From assembly GCA_963662625.1 (NCBI GenBank), contig OY759726.1, forward strand, positions 768,001-832,000: a stretch of DNA of 64,000 nt, written 5' to 3'. Position 1 is the first letter of the stretch; every line of letters begins with the position of its first letter. Of this stretch, positions 38,491 through 48,027 are shown one piece after another. Under the pieces are notes generated by a model that did no database searches, was not told the DNA's origin, and saw nothing but the letters and a program-made list of their open reading frames with translations. The position numbers were made by a program, and so were the translations under genes. The stretch comes from Nitrosopumilus sp. (lineage in GTDB: Archaea; Thermoproteota; Nitrososphaeria; Nitrososphaerales; Nitrosopumilaceae).

Positions 38491-39567
38491 CTAGATTTTG
38501 CCCTTTTTGTAAAGCAGCTCTGCCAGCAGCACTGCGCCCTTTGCCGATCCCATCTTTTTGTTGTGGGAGAACAGCATGTATTTCAGGCCGTTGTCGAAGA
38601 GCTCCTCCTTTTCCACCCTTCCGATGGAGGTGGTCATGCCGTCGCCCACGTCCCTTTCCATCCTGGGCTGGGGCCTGGTCGGGTCGTCGTGGAACGCGTA
38701 GTACATTTCCGGGGCCGACGGCAGTCCCGACACGGAGATCTCCCTGTTGTACGTGTCGTAGGTGTCCCTTGCCAGCTCCGGGTCGATCTCCCTCTCGGTC
38801 TCCACGAACACCGATTCGGTGTGCCCGTCTATCACTGGCACCCTGGTGCACGTGCAGCTTACCCGGATGTCCGCGTCCTCTATCTTCCCGTCCTTTAGCC
38901 TGCCTAGTATCTTCCTCGTCTCCTTTCGCACCTTCCCCTCTTCCTTTGGGATGAAGGGCAGGATGTTGTCGGTTATTCCCATGGCGGTCACCCCCGACTT
39001 GCCGCCGCCCGAGATCGCCTGCATGGAGGTCATCAGCACCTTCTTTGCGCCGTACTTTTCAAGCAGCGGCTTTAGCGTGATGGCAAGCCCGGTGGTGGTG
39101 CAGTTCGGGAGCGGCGCCACCCACCCCTTCCAGTTCCGGTTCTTCTTTTGCACGTCGAGCAGGTCTGCCTGGTCGTCGTTGATCCCCGGGATGAGTATGG
39201 GCACGTCCTCCTCGTACCTGTAGGCGGAGCTCGTGGAGATCACCGGGACGTCGGCGGCCATCCTGGTCTCGATGTCCCTTGCAGGGCCCGACTCCACCGC
39301 GGAGAACACCAGGTCCAGCTGCGACACGTCCAGCTCGTCGATCCTCCTGACCTGCATCTCCTTGATGTACCCGGGGATCTCGCCGCCCACGGCCCACGCC
39401 ACGATCCCGCTTGCGTCCCTTATGGCGTCGAGGTACTTCTTGCCAGCCGAGCGCTCGGACGCCGCTATCTGGGTCACCTCAAACCACGGGTGGCCGTGCA
39501 GCGACTGGACGAACTCCTGGCCCACCGCGCCCGTCGCGCCTATTATGGCGACGCGCTTCTTCTCCAT
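38491..39567 (-). CDS. asd: aspartate-semialdehyde dehydrogenase
   Basis: GATGAVGQ, PNCTT, QAISG and RVPVIDGH motifs. Confidence 0.97.
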   Translation of the reverse strand: MEKKRVAIIGATGAVGQEFVQSLHGHPWFEVTQIAASERSAGKKYLDAIRDASGIVAWAVGGEIPGYIKEMQVRRIDELDVSQLDLVFSAVESGPARDIETRMAADVPVISTSSAYRYEEDVPILIPGINDDQADLLDVQKKNRNWKGWVAPLPNCTTTGLAITLKPLLEKYGAKKVLMTSMQAISGGGKSGVTAMGITDNILPFIPKEEGKVRKETRKILGRLKDGKIEDADIRVSCTCTRVPVIDGHTESVFVETEREIDPELARDTYDTYNREISVSGLPSAPEMYYAFHDDPTRPQPRMERDVGDGMTTSIGRVEKEELFDNGLKYMLFSHNKKMGSAKGAVLLAELLYKKGKI

Positions 39568-39701
39568 ACCGGCATGGTCTCAGGCTAAGTTAATAATCGT
39601 TTTCAGCCCGGGCCGGCCCCCCCCCCCCGCGCCGCGTGGGCGCGCCGGGCCCCGCGGCCAGGAACCAATGCTTAAATTACTGTGGGACGGGGTTTTTTGG
39701 T

Positions 39702-39983
39702 ATGAACATACCCAAGTCCATCCGGAAGTACTGTGCCAAGTGCAAGACGCACACGGAGCAGAAGGTCTCCATATACAAGGCCGGCAAGAGGAGGGGCTCC
39801 GCGAGGGGGGAAAGGAGGCACGCGGAGCGCAAGCGCGGGTATGGGGGACAAAAGTTCCCAAAGCTTGCCAAGCCCGCGAAGGTCACGAAGAAGATCACCC
39901 CGATCATGACGTGCACGGTCTGCAAGAAGAAATACAACAAGCTTGGCATCCGCATCAAAAAGTTTGAGCTGGTGGCGGTATGA
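39702..39983 (+). CDS. rpl44e: 50S ribosomal protein L44e
   Basis: YC.KC..HT, GYGGQ, K.TKK and C..C. Confidence 0.96.
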   Translation: MNIPKSIRKYCAKCKTHTEQKVSIYKAGKRRGSARGERRHAERKRGYGGQKFPKLAKPAKVTKKITPIMTCTVCKKKYNKLGIRIKKFELVAV

Positions 39984-40177
39984 AGAAGAACCACATCGAG
40001 ATCCCAAAGCCGTCAAGCAGGTTCCAGAAGGTCAGCTGCAACGAGTGCGGCGAGATGCAGGTGGTCTACTCCCACGCGACCACCGCGGCCACCTGCAATT
40101 CCTGCGGAAACGCGATCACCGAGGCGACCGGCTCCAAGGCGATCATAAACGGCAAGGTCTCAGGCAGCGCCGAGTGA
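39980..40177 (+). CDS. rps27e: 30S ribosomal protein S27e
   Basis: P.S.F..V.C.EC, SH and C..CG...TG. Confidence 0.95.
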   Translation: MKKNHIEIPKPSSRFQKVSCNECGEMQVVYSHATTAATCNSCGNAITEATGSKAIINGKVSGSAE

Positions 40178-40744
40178 CTCGTAGTCCCGCCTGGTGTTCA
40201 TGTTAAAGGCGATCCGGCCGTCGTCCAGCACGAGGTGGTCCTCGGGGACCCTGCCCGCGCCGCTGATCTCGGACGAGTCGACAAGCGAGATCCCCGTGTA
40301 GCTGCACCGCGTGCCGGCGCAGTCCACGCCGATCCCGGGGGAGAGCCCCGCGGAGCCCAGGAACTTCTCCGTGACGAGCACCGAGGTCCACGCCGCGCCG
40401 GGGGTCCAGCGCCGCACTATCCCCCTTACGGCCTCCCCGTCCAGAAGCGGCATGTCGGCCGACGCGACGAACACCGGCCCGTCCATCCGCCGCAGGGCGT
40501 AGTTGAGGTCCTCCGAGTAGCCGTCGCCGGGGGTGTCGATCACCTTGTGGCCCTCCCCTACCAGCAGCATCCTCGTCCGCGGGGAGTTCGGGCTGGTGGC
40601 CGCGAGGATCTCGGAGAAGCATCCCGAGTCGCGCAGCGCGTCTAGCACGTGCAGGACGACCGGTTTTTTGTACCGCAGCAGCAGTTTCTCCTGCGGCATC
40701 TTCATGCGGCTTCCCCTTCCCCCCGCCATGACGAGCCCGATCAT
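40160..40744 (-). CDS. cobY: adenosylcobinamide-phosphate guanylyltransferase
   Basis: MAGGRGSRM..EK, GY..DL, ADMP and NMNT; located in the cob operon. Confidence 0.85.
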   Translation of the reverse strand: MIGLVMAGGRGSRMKMPQEKLLLRYKKPVVLHVLDALRDSGCFSEILAATSPNSPRTRMLLVGEGHKVIDTPGDGYSEDLNYALRRMDGPVFVASADMPLLDGEAVRGIVRRWTPGAAWTSVLVTEKFLGSAGLSPGIGVDCAGTRCSYTGISLVDSSEISGAGRVPEDHLVLDDGRIAFNMNTRRDYESLGAA

Positions 40745-41466
40745 GCCGAGACGAACACCATCACGGACGCCAGGCGCGTCACCTCGTTTGCGGTCCCCAG
40801 CACGTCCCCGGTGATGCCCCCGAAGCTGCGCGCCGCCAGTCCCGCGAGGAGCATGGTCACGATCATGCAGGCCCCGAATGCCGCCATCCCGGCTGCGCCG
40901 CCGAGCGCCACGGCCGGGACCAGCGCCATGGCGCCCGCGAGGACCAGCTTCTTGCGGTTCTTCATGAGCTCGACGAACGGGGAGCTTGAACCGCGCGAGG
41001 CGGGCCGCGATATGCCCGCCAGGAGCACCATCGAGAACTTTGCCATGATCTCGCCGAGCAGGATCGCCAGGAAGAGGTCGTACCCGCTCGACGCTGAAAG
41101 GGCGATCACCAGCCCGATCATGTACAGGACTATGGCCACGGTCCCCGCCGAGCCCGTGGAGGCGTCCTTCATGGCCGCCAGCTTCTTCTCCCTTGGGCCC
41201 TTGGCCATCATGCCGTCTGCAAAGTCCGCCAGGCCGTCGGCGTGGTGCAGCCCCGTCGCCACCGCGATGGAGGCGACCACGAGCAGGCCTACCACCAGGG
41301 GATCGAGGAACATGGAGAGGCCAAACCCCATCCCGCCCACGAGCAGCCCCAGGGCGACGCCCACCAGCGGGAACAGGTACATGTGCCTCGCGACGGTCTC
41401 GAGGCTGGCGGTGCCTGCAGGGAGTATGGTCAGGAACGAAAAGACGGAGCCGATTTCCCTAAGCAT
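40741..41466 (-). CDS. cobS: adenosylcobinamide-GDP ribazoletransferase (cobalamin synthase)
   Basis: FLT..P, GLHHADGLADFADG and GGITGDVLG. Confidence 0.95.
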   Translation of the reverse strand: MLREIGSVFSFLTILPAGTASLETVARHMYLFPLVGVALGLLVGGMGFGLSMFLDPLVVGLLVVASIAVATGLHHADGLADFADGMMAKGPREKKLAAMKDASTGSAGTVAIVLYMIGLVIALSASSGYDLFLAILLGEIMAKFSMVLLAGISRPASRGSSSPFVELMKNRKKLVLAGAMALVPAVALGGAAGMAAFGACMIVTMLLAGLAARSFGGITGDVLGTANEVTRLASVMVFVSA

Positions 41467-42427
41467 GGATCCACCAGCCCAGGTATGAAAGGAGCGCCAT
41501 CGTGGGCACGACCACCACCATGCAGAAGACTGCGGACGTCACTTTCATAAGGGCTATGGCGCCCGTGACGTGCCCCTTGCAGAAGACCCCGGTGCCGTCG
41601 CCGAGGGAGTAGTGGTCGGACTTTTCAAGCCGCGCGTCAAGCGCCCCGGCGATCGCCGCCATGGGGTAGCCGGCGTTGGGGCTCTCGGTCTTTCCGCCGT
41701 CGCGGACCATCACCCGGTAGGACTTTCTCCAGTTGTTCCGCAGGATCATGGAGCTGAGGACCATCACCAGGCTGGTGAGCCTGGACGGGACGTAGTTCAG
41801 CACCCTGTCGCACGCGGCCGCAAACCAGCCGATGTCCCTGAAGATCCGCGTCTTGTAGCCGATCATCGAGTCCGCCGTGTTTACCGCGCGGTAGACAAAC
41901 GAGCCGAAGATCCCGAAGATCCCGAAGTAGAACAGCGGGCCGGTTATCCCGTCCACGGTGTTCTCCCCGATCGACTCCACGACTGCCGAGTACACGTGGT
42001 CCCTGTCCAGGTCCCCGGTGTCGCGCTTTACGATCATGGACAGGTGCTCCCGTGCGGACCGGAGGTTGTCGGCCTCAAGGGCCGCGGCAACCGCCAGGGC
42101 GTGCCTCTCCATCCCCTTGACTGCCAGCGTGGTCTTTAGCAGTACCCCGACGGCCAGGATGGTGGCTGCCGTCGAGATGGACTGGCCCAGCGTCCCCAGC
42201 CCGGAGTACAGCAGGAGAAGGAGCAGGACCGCCGCCAGGGCCGGGACCAGGACCAGGCACGCCCCCGCGAGCCGCTCGTGCGCCCTGGAGGGGCCCCTCG
42301 CGCGGGGCGCCAGCCTCGCGATCAGCGCGCCGGTCCAGGCGGTGGGGTGGTACCTGCTCCTCGGGTCGCCAAAGGCGAGATCAAGCAGGAGGGCAAGAAA
42401 CACGATCGATGCGGACTCGGCTATCAT
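41459..42427 (-). CDS. cbiB: adenosylcobinamide-phosphate synthase
   Basis: GDP...HP, ES..EN..DG, NTADSMIGY and SPNAG. Confidence 0.95.
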   Translation of the reverse strand: MIAESASIVFLALLLDLAFGDPRSRYHPTAWTGALIARLAPRARGPSRAHERLAGACLVLVPALAAVLLLLLLYSGLGTLGQSISTAATILAVGVLLKTTLAVKGMERHALAVAAALEADNLRSAREHLSMIVKRDTGDLDRDHVYSAVVESIGENTVDGITGPLFYFGIFGIFGSFVYRAVNTADSMIGYKTRIFRDIGWFAAACDRVLNYVPSRLTSLVMVLSSMILRNNWRKSYRVMVRDGGKTESPNAGYPMAAIAGALDARLEKSDHYSLGDGTGVFCKGHVTGAIALMKVTSAVFCMVVVVPTMALLSYLGWWIHA

Positions 42428-43263
42428 TTTACCAGTCTTAGTATATGCCCAATATTCAAATTTTCTTCTACCAGCCTCGCGAGCTTGCCGATCTCCCTGT
42501 CGAGCCTCCTGACGCCTCTTCTGTTCCAGGCGTACGGCCTCGCGCGCGCGCCGAGCGAGTCCTCCTCGGGGAGGTCCAGGTCCGCCATCGGGATCGTTCC
42601 CAAGACCGGCCTTTTCGTGATCCTGGCCAGCCTTCTGAGCCCCGGCCTTAGTATTGCGGGATCGCCGCGGAACTTGTTTATGACAAAGCCCCGGACCAGG
42701 TCCCGGTGCTTTTCTTCGAGCAGGGACATCGTCCCGACGATGCTTGCGAAGGAGCCGCCCCTGTCGATGTCCGACACCAGCAGCACGGCCGAGCCGGTCT
42801 TGCCGGCGATCCTCATGTTCGCGATGTCGAACCGCCCCAGGTTGATCTCCGCCGGGGAGCCCGCGCCCTCCAGGATCACCAGGTCGTGGCTCGCCTGCAG
42901 GCGCCTGAAGGACTCCATGGCCAGCCCCAGCCCCCGGGCGTTGCCGAACCGCCGGTAATAGTCAGACGCGTGCATCCTCCCTAGCGCCTTCCCGTGGAGG
43001 TAGACGGTGCTGTAATAGTCGCCCAGCGGTTTCAGCAGTATCGGGTTCAGGTCGGGGGTTATGTCGCACCGCGCGGCCACTGCCTGGATTGCCTGGGCGC
43101 GGGAGATCTCAAAGCCCGCGCCGGCGTAGGCGAAGTTGGACATGTTCTGGGACTTGAAGGGGGCGACCGAAAACCCCCGATCGGAGAGGATCCTGCACAG
43201 GGCGGCCGCCAGGACTGTCTTTCCGGCGCCGGACGACGTGCCCTGGATCATGAGCGGCCTCAT
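42424..43263 (-). CDS. cobQ: cobyric acid synthase (short form, no glutaminase domain)
   Basis: QGTSSGAGKT, PFKSQNMS, EGAGSPAEINL, DIDRGG, NKFRGD and EEDS; 279 aa. Confidence 0.92.
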   Translation of the reverse strand: MRPLMIQGTSSGAGKTVLAAALCRILSDRGFSVAPFKSQNMSNFAYAGAGFEISRAQAIQAVAARCDITPDLNPILLKPLGDYYSTVYLHGKALGRMHASDYYRRFGNARGLGLAMESFRRLQASHDLVILEGAGSPAEINLGRFDIANMRIAGKTGSAVLLVSDIDRGGSFASIVGTMSLLEEKHRDLVRGFVINKFRGDPAILRPGLRRLARITKRPVLGTIPMADLDLPEEDSLGARARPYAWNRRGVRRLDREIGKLARLVEENLNIGHILRLVK

Positions 43264-44333
43264 AGTGCCTCCAGCGCCTCGACGAGCCGCCTGTTCTCCT
43301 TCCTTGTCTTTACCGCGACCCTGACGAAGCTGCCGTCCAGCCCGCGAAACGACTTGCAGTCGCGCACCAGGATGTTCCTTTTGAGCAGCCTCTCCTGCAG
43401 CAGGGTGGAGTCGACGTCCGTCCTGACCAGGATGAAGTTGGCGGCGGTTTGGCGGCACTCAAAGCCCTCGATCCCGGAGATCCGCTCCCGGAGGAACCTT
43501 GCCTCGGAACCTATGACCTTCCTCGCCCTGTCAAGGTAGGACGGGTCGGAGAGCGCCACCGATCCGGCCTTCTGTGCCGCCCCGGAGACGTTCCACGGGA
43601 TCTTGGCCTTGCCCAGGACGGCGGCCACCGCGGCGGGGCAGACGCAGTAGCCCAGGCGCATGCCTGCAAGGGCAAACGACTTGGTAAAGGAACGCAGCAC
43701 CACCGCGTTTTTGTGCCTCTTGACCAGGGGCACGGCTGACTCGCCCCTGCCGGGCACCAGTTCGATGAAGCACTCGTCGACGAACGCCAGCGTGTTGTTC
43801 CTCCCGGCCCTGGCGGCGATTCTCTCGAGGCTTTTCCCGGACGCCAGGGTTCCCGTGGGGTTGTTGGGGTTGCAGACGAAGACGCACCCGTCCCGGGGGA
43901 TGGCCGAGAGGAATGCGGGCAGGTCGCCTTCCAGGTCCATGGTCTCAAAGAAGGACGGCCTTGCCCCCGCGAGCCTTGCCGCGGCCTCGTACTCCCCAAA
44001 TGTGGGGGCGGGGATCAGGACCGGGGTCGATCGCGACAGGAACGCCCTGCAGAAGTTGTGGATTATCTCCGTTGCGCCGTTGCCGACTACGATCTGGGAC
44101 GGCGGCGCGCCGGTGTAGGACCCGAGGTCCTCCCTGAGGGATTCGGACTCGGGGTCGGGGTACTCCTGGAAGAGGCCCGGGTTTTTTTGCATGGATCTTA
44201 GGACCTGCGGCATGATCCCCAGCGGGTTGACGCTTGAGCTGAAATCAAGGACGCCGCCCCGGGGGCCCGGGATTGAAAAGATCCCCCCGTGGACTGCCGG
44301 GCGGTGTCGCGATATGTTGGGGTCTGCCTTCAC
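43260..44333 (-). CDS. cobD: threonine-phosphate decarboxylase (PLP, HisC family)
   Basis: HGG, DFS..VNP, CNPNNPTG and RSFTK..LAGMRLGY; located in the cob operon. Confidence 0.88.
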   Translation of the reverse strand: MKADPNISRHRPAVHGGIFSIPGPRGGVLDFSSSVNPLGIMPQVLRSMQKNPGLFQEYPDPESESLREDLGSYTGAPPSQIVVGNGATEIIHNFCRAFLSRSTPVLIPAPTFGEYEAAARLAGARPSFFETMDLEGDLPAFLSAIPRDGCVFVCNPNNPTGTLASGKSLERIAARAGRNNTLAFVDECFIELVPGRGESAVPLVKRHKNAVVLRSFTKSFALAGMRLGYCVCPAAVAAVLGKAKIPWNVSGAAQKAGSVALSDPSYLDRARKVIGSEARFLRERISGIEGFECRQTAANFILVRTDVDSTLLQERLLKRNILVRDCKSFRGLDGSFVRVAVKTRKENRRLVEALEAL

Positions 44334-44428
44334 AGTTGGGAGTACGCGCCGGCAATATAGTGTGTTTTGGTCGTCCCCGCGCGGCGGGCACTTGAAAAGT
44401 TTAACACTTGGGGTCGCGGATGTAATGC

Positions 44429-44893
44429 ATGGCTACCGGCAAGAAGGCAGCTGCGAGGGGGGCCGCAAAGGAACCGGCGAGGCCGAAGGCGCAGCCGAAG
44501 GCTCCCCAGAAGACTGGGTTCGAGAAGGCCTGGAAGGAGTACAACTCCTCGCTGGCCACGTGGAAGGAGTCGCTGGCGCGGTGGCAGAGTGCCACGAACG
44601 GGGCGCTGGTGTCGTACCAGAACGCGTGCCGGGAGGCCCTGGAATCCGACGCGGAGCTGCTAAAGAAGGTCAGCGCGAGCTGGGAGGCGGCGTGGGAGGA
44701 GATAGGGCCCGAGTACATCAAGCAGCAGACCAAGATGATCGAGGGCATCTTCAAGGAGACCAACGTCAGGTCCATCAAGAGGTTCAACGACCAGTGGGAG
44801 AAGTTCCTAAGTACGTCCGGGGGCGACTCCATAAGGGCGTACCAGGAGGCCATCAAGAGGTTCAACGAGGCGTGGCAGAGCGGCCGGGCGTAG
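44429..44893 (+). CDS. Trp-rich amphipathic helical protein
   Basis: Lys/Ala/Pro-rich N-tail followed by periodic W/F/Y helices. Confidence 0.85.
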   Translation: MATGKKAAARGAAKEPARPKAQPKAPQKTGFEKAWKEYNSSLATWKESLARWQSATNGALVSYQNACREALESDAELLKKVSASWEAAWEEIGPEYIKQQTKMIEGIFKETNVRSIKRFNDQWEKFLSTSGGDSIRAYQEAIKRFNEAWQSGRA

Positions 44894-44964
44894 GGCGGCT
44901 GGCCGCGGCGGCGCGTCCCGGGCGATCGGCCGGCCCGCTGGCGGGCGCGGGCCCTGCCCCCGGG

Positions 44965-45375
44965 CTAGGATTTGGGCCACATGGAATTCCACGTATCGGC
45001 AAACTTTTTCATCATTTCGCCGTATGCCGTCATCTGCTCAAAACCCGACATGGTGGTGCTGTTCTGCCAGTTTTCGACGAACTGCTTGAAGACGTCCGTG
45101 TTTGAGCTGTTCAGGGCCCTCTGCCAGGAATCGCCAAACTCCTTGATGGGCTTCATGCCTGCCTCGTTCATGGCGTTCTGCCAGTTTTCCCCGAACGACT
45201 TGATCGTGTCCGCGCTGGATTCCCTGAAGGCCTTCTCCCAGACATCGTTGAACCTCGACTGCATGTCGCTGGTCGCGGCCTGGATCTGGTCGCAGAGGGC
45301 CTTCCAGTTTTCCAGGGACTTGACGTATTCCTCCCACATCGAGTCCCATTCGCCGGTTTTTTCTGGTTCGGACAT
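44965..45375 (-). CDS. Trp-rich 19-aa repeat helical protein
   Basis: Four tandem F...W(E/Q) units with 19-aa period. Confidence 0.85.
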   Translation of the reverse strand: MSEPEKTGEWDSMWEEYVKSLENWKALCDQIQAATSDMQSRFNDVWEKAFRESSADTIKSFGENWQNAMNEAGMKPIKEFGDSWQRALNSSNTDVFKQFVENWQNSTTMSGFEQMTAYGEMMKKFADTWNSMWPKS

Positions 45376-45428
45376 TGGTTATTGGTGGGGGCAGTGATTC
45401 TTAAACTAATCCATCGGGCCGGGGGGCG

Positions 45429-46760
45429 TCATTCTAGGTACGAGTCGAGCTTGATCCCGTCCAGCCCGGGTATCCTAGCCAGCTCGAACCCCTCGGGCCG
45501 CTTCGAGAGCTGCCTCGTGGCGTCAACCCCCATCTTTGCGGTCCGCAGCCTCTTTTGATCGCTGGACGGGTCGAGGCTGGAGCCCCTCGCCTTCTTCAGG
45601 ATCACCAGGTCGCGGTCTGCCTGGAACCTGGTGGCCATGGCATACTCTACCGCCTCCGCGTCGTGCGGGTCTATGTCGTCGTCGACCACGGTCACCTGCT
45701 TCAGGGAGCGGTGCAGCTCGAACGCCTTCCTCGCGATCTCTTTCCCGTCCGACTCTGACCTTTTTTTGATCTGGACCACCGCGTGCAGCCAGTTGCAGCC
45801 CCCGTTGGTCATGGAGGCCTGCCGCGTCTGCGGGAAGGCCTTCTTCAGCTCGCCGTTGAGCTTGGACTCTATCGGCATGCCCATAAGCAGCCTGTGCTCG
45901 GCATACCCGGACAGGATGTCGTGGAAGACGGGGGCGTTCCGGTAGTAGAGGCGCTCCAGCTCGAAGACCGGCTGGAGGCGCCTGTAGTCGTATGTCTGCA
46001 GCATCTCCACCATCCATTCCGGGTGGGTCCTGTCCTGCAGGATCCTTCCCTCCGCCACTATCTCCGCGCCGGACGGGACCGACATGCCCGAGAACGGGAG
46101 CCTGGCCAGCGCGAGCTTGCCGTCGAGGAGCGAGTTTGCTATGCCGAGCTCGTCGCGGCCCCACTCTGCCTGGTATGCCCCCGCGACGGAGATTGCCGGG
46201 TGCACGCCCACCGTGATTGCCACCCGCAGGTCCCGGCCGTGGGCCTTCGCGTCCGTAAAGCACCTGTGGAGGTGCCTGCCCTCCACCATCCTCACCGAAA
46301 AGTGCGTCTCGTCTATGGGCATCAGCCTGTGGAAGGAGGAGTTCTGCCTGCCCGTCTCGGGGTTCCGGGCGTATATTATCGAGGACGTGATGAACGGGCC
46401 CGACTCCTTTTCAAAGTGGGTCACTACCGGCAGCGGCGAGAGATCCCTGGCCGAGTTCTGGAGGAACTTCCCGGGAGCGGCGGCCCTCGGCTTTCTGGCC
46501 CGCCTTATCGCGGAGATCATCCTCTCGTGTATCCCGTCCTCCGCGCAGCCGATTCCCAGCGCAAACCTCCTTCTGCTCCCCACCAGGTTCGAGACCAGCC
46601 TGAAGTCGCTCTTCCTGACGTTCTCGAACAGGACGGCCGACGAGCCGTTCGCCTTGGCGGTGATCGCCGCCACCTCGTACTTGGCGGAGACCGGCTTTTT
46701 GACGGTCTTGAGCTCCTTGGCTCTTTTCAGCAGGCCGATGTAGTGCCGCAAGTCAGTCAT
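45429..46760 (-). CDS. UbiD-family prFMN decarboxylase (likely anhydromevalonate-phosphate decarboxylase)
   Basis: N.S.HR, RHL, VVDDDID, TRFQ and GSSLDPS motifs. Confidence 0.9.
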   Translation of the reverse strand: MTDLRHYIGLLKRAKELKTVKKPVSAKYEVAAITAKANGSSAVLFENVRKSDFRLVSNLVGSRRRFALGIGCAEDGIHERMISAIRRARKPRAAAPGKFLQNSARDLSPLPVVTHFEKESGPFITSSIIYARNPETGRQNSSFHRLMPIDETHFSVRMVEGRHLHRCFTDAKAHGRDLRVAITVGVHPAISVAGAYQAEWGRDELGIANSLLDGKLALARLPFSGMSVPSGAEIVAEGRILQDRTHPEWMVEMLQTYDYRRLQPVFELERLYYRNAPVFHDILSGYAEHRLLMGMPIESKLNGELKKAFPQTRQASMTNGGCNWLHAVVQIKKRSESDGKEIARKAFELHRSLKQVTVVDDDIDPHDAEAVEYAMATRFQADRDLVILKKARGSSLDPSSDQKRLRTAKMGVDATRQLSKRPEGFELARIPGLDGIKLDSYLE

Positions 46761-47094
46761 TCTGCACCATGTCCAGGATTTCTGCCATTAAGGCCTTTGC
46801 GGTCTCGCGTCCCAGGTCCCCGCGTACGAACGACGAGACCATGGCGATGCCTCCCGCCCTGGCGCATACCTGCTCCGCGGCCAGCTTCAGGAAGAGGGAT
46901 CCGGACTTGGACGGTATTATGGTGGTGGTGACCGGGGCCGGGCCGGCCGCCATGGAGACCGCCATCGAGCCAATCCTGTCGTCGCCTTCCGAAACCGTGA
47001 CGAACCGCCCGTTGGCGAATTTTAAAACCCGCAAAGAAAATTTGCGGCCGTCTAGGGACACGGCCTTCTGGGCAAACCCGCCTGGAGAGCTCAA
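46753..47094 (-). CDS. hypothetical protein (proteasome assembly chaperone 4-like)
   Basis: Small alpha/beta ORF whose stop overlaps the ubiD start. Confidence 0.6.
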   Translation of the reverse strand: MSSPGGFAQKAVSLDGRKFSLRVLKFANGRFVTVSEGDDRIGSMAVSMAAGPAPVTTTIIPSKSGSLFLKLAAEQVCARAGGIAMVSSFVRGDLGRETAKALMAEILDMVQND

Positions 47095-47159
47095 TGGGTT
47101 ATGGGCGCGCCCTGCGCTTTTATTGATATTGGTTCGGGCCGGGCACCGTGGGGGCCCGC

Positions 47160-47600
47160 CTAGCAGGATTGCGGCGGGATCACCGTGGAGGATTCCATGT
47201 CGGGCCGGGCCGGTTCGGCCGGCGCGTCTGCCAGATTTGCAGAGGCCGACTTGGCGGCGGCGGAGCTTTTCGTTTTTCGTGTTTTGGTGGTCTTTGCCTT
47301 GGTGGTCTTTTTGGTCTTCGAGGTCTTGGTTGGGGGCGCCTCCACCTTGATCTTATCGGCGGCAGTCTCGGCTGCTACCTTTGCCTCGATGGAGTCTGCC
47401 TCGACCCTTGCACGCAGCTTTGCCTTGTACTTGAGGTTTCGGGGCTTTGTCCTCAGCCTGTATCCGCAGCAGGGGCACCAGAGGCCCTCCCACTTTATGA
47501 ATATCTCGCAGATCTGGCATCGGCGCTGTCCGGACGCATACCTGCCTGTCCCGACCGGCTTTTGGGCCTTGTACCTAACGCAGATTCCCTTGCAAGTCAT
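47160..47600 (-). CDS. Cys-rich Zn-finger protein with Lys/Thr/Ala-rich tail
   Basis: CKGIC...CQIC...CPCC followed by a KTKKTTKAKTTK low-complexity tail. Confidence 0.88.
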   Translation of the reverse strand: MTCKGICVRYKAQKPVGTGRYASGQRRCQICEIFIKWEGLWCPCCGYRLRTKPRNLKYKAKLRARVEADSIEAKVAAETAADKIKVEAPPTKTSKTKKTTKAKTTKTRKTKSSAAAKSASANLADAPAEPARPDMESSTVIPPQSC

Positions 47601-48027
47601 TTTAGTATTGTAGTATAGAATTCACAACTATATAAGCATGGATCGATGAAATTTAGGAAAAGAAATAGGAATTTTTGTAATAATTTTAATTATTTTGCAA
47701 TTAACGCCCTCAGGTTTGGAAAAAAACCCAAAAAATCTATAATAAATATGTATAGTTTTTGCCCTGCGGCGGCGTCCGGGGCGCCACCCGGCCCGCCGCC
47801 TTGCCCGGGTTGCCCGCGCGGGCCACAGAGCCCGCGCGCTTCCCCGGCCGGGGCGGCGGCGCGGGGCCGTCCGGGCAGCTCCCTGCAGCCGCCTTTCGCC
47901 CCCCAGCTAGAGGCCGTGCCGCGGGAGACGGCCTTCTGCGGCAGAAAGCGCCCCTGCCCGCGGCGGGCTGCATAATTCTCATATAACATAACCCCAGACA
48001 CTTTGTGAGATAAGACGGTGAAGGATC

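Noticed and set aside
47601-47760. AT-rich island as a replication origin
   Set aside because: There is no adjacent cdc6/orc1 and no recognisable ORB repeats.
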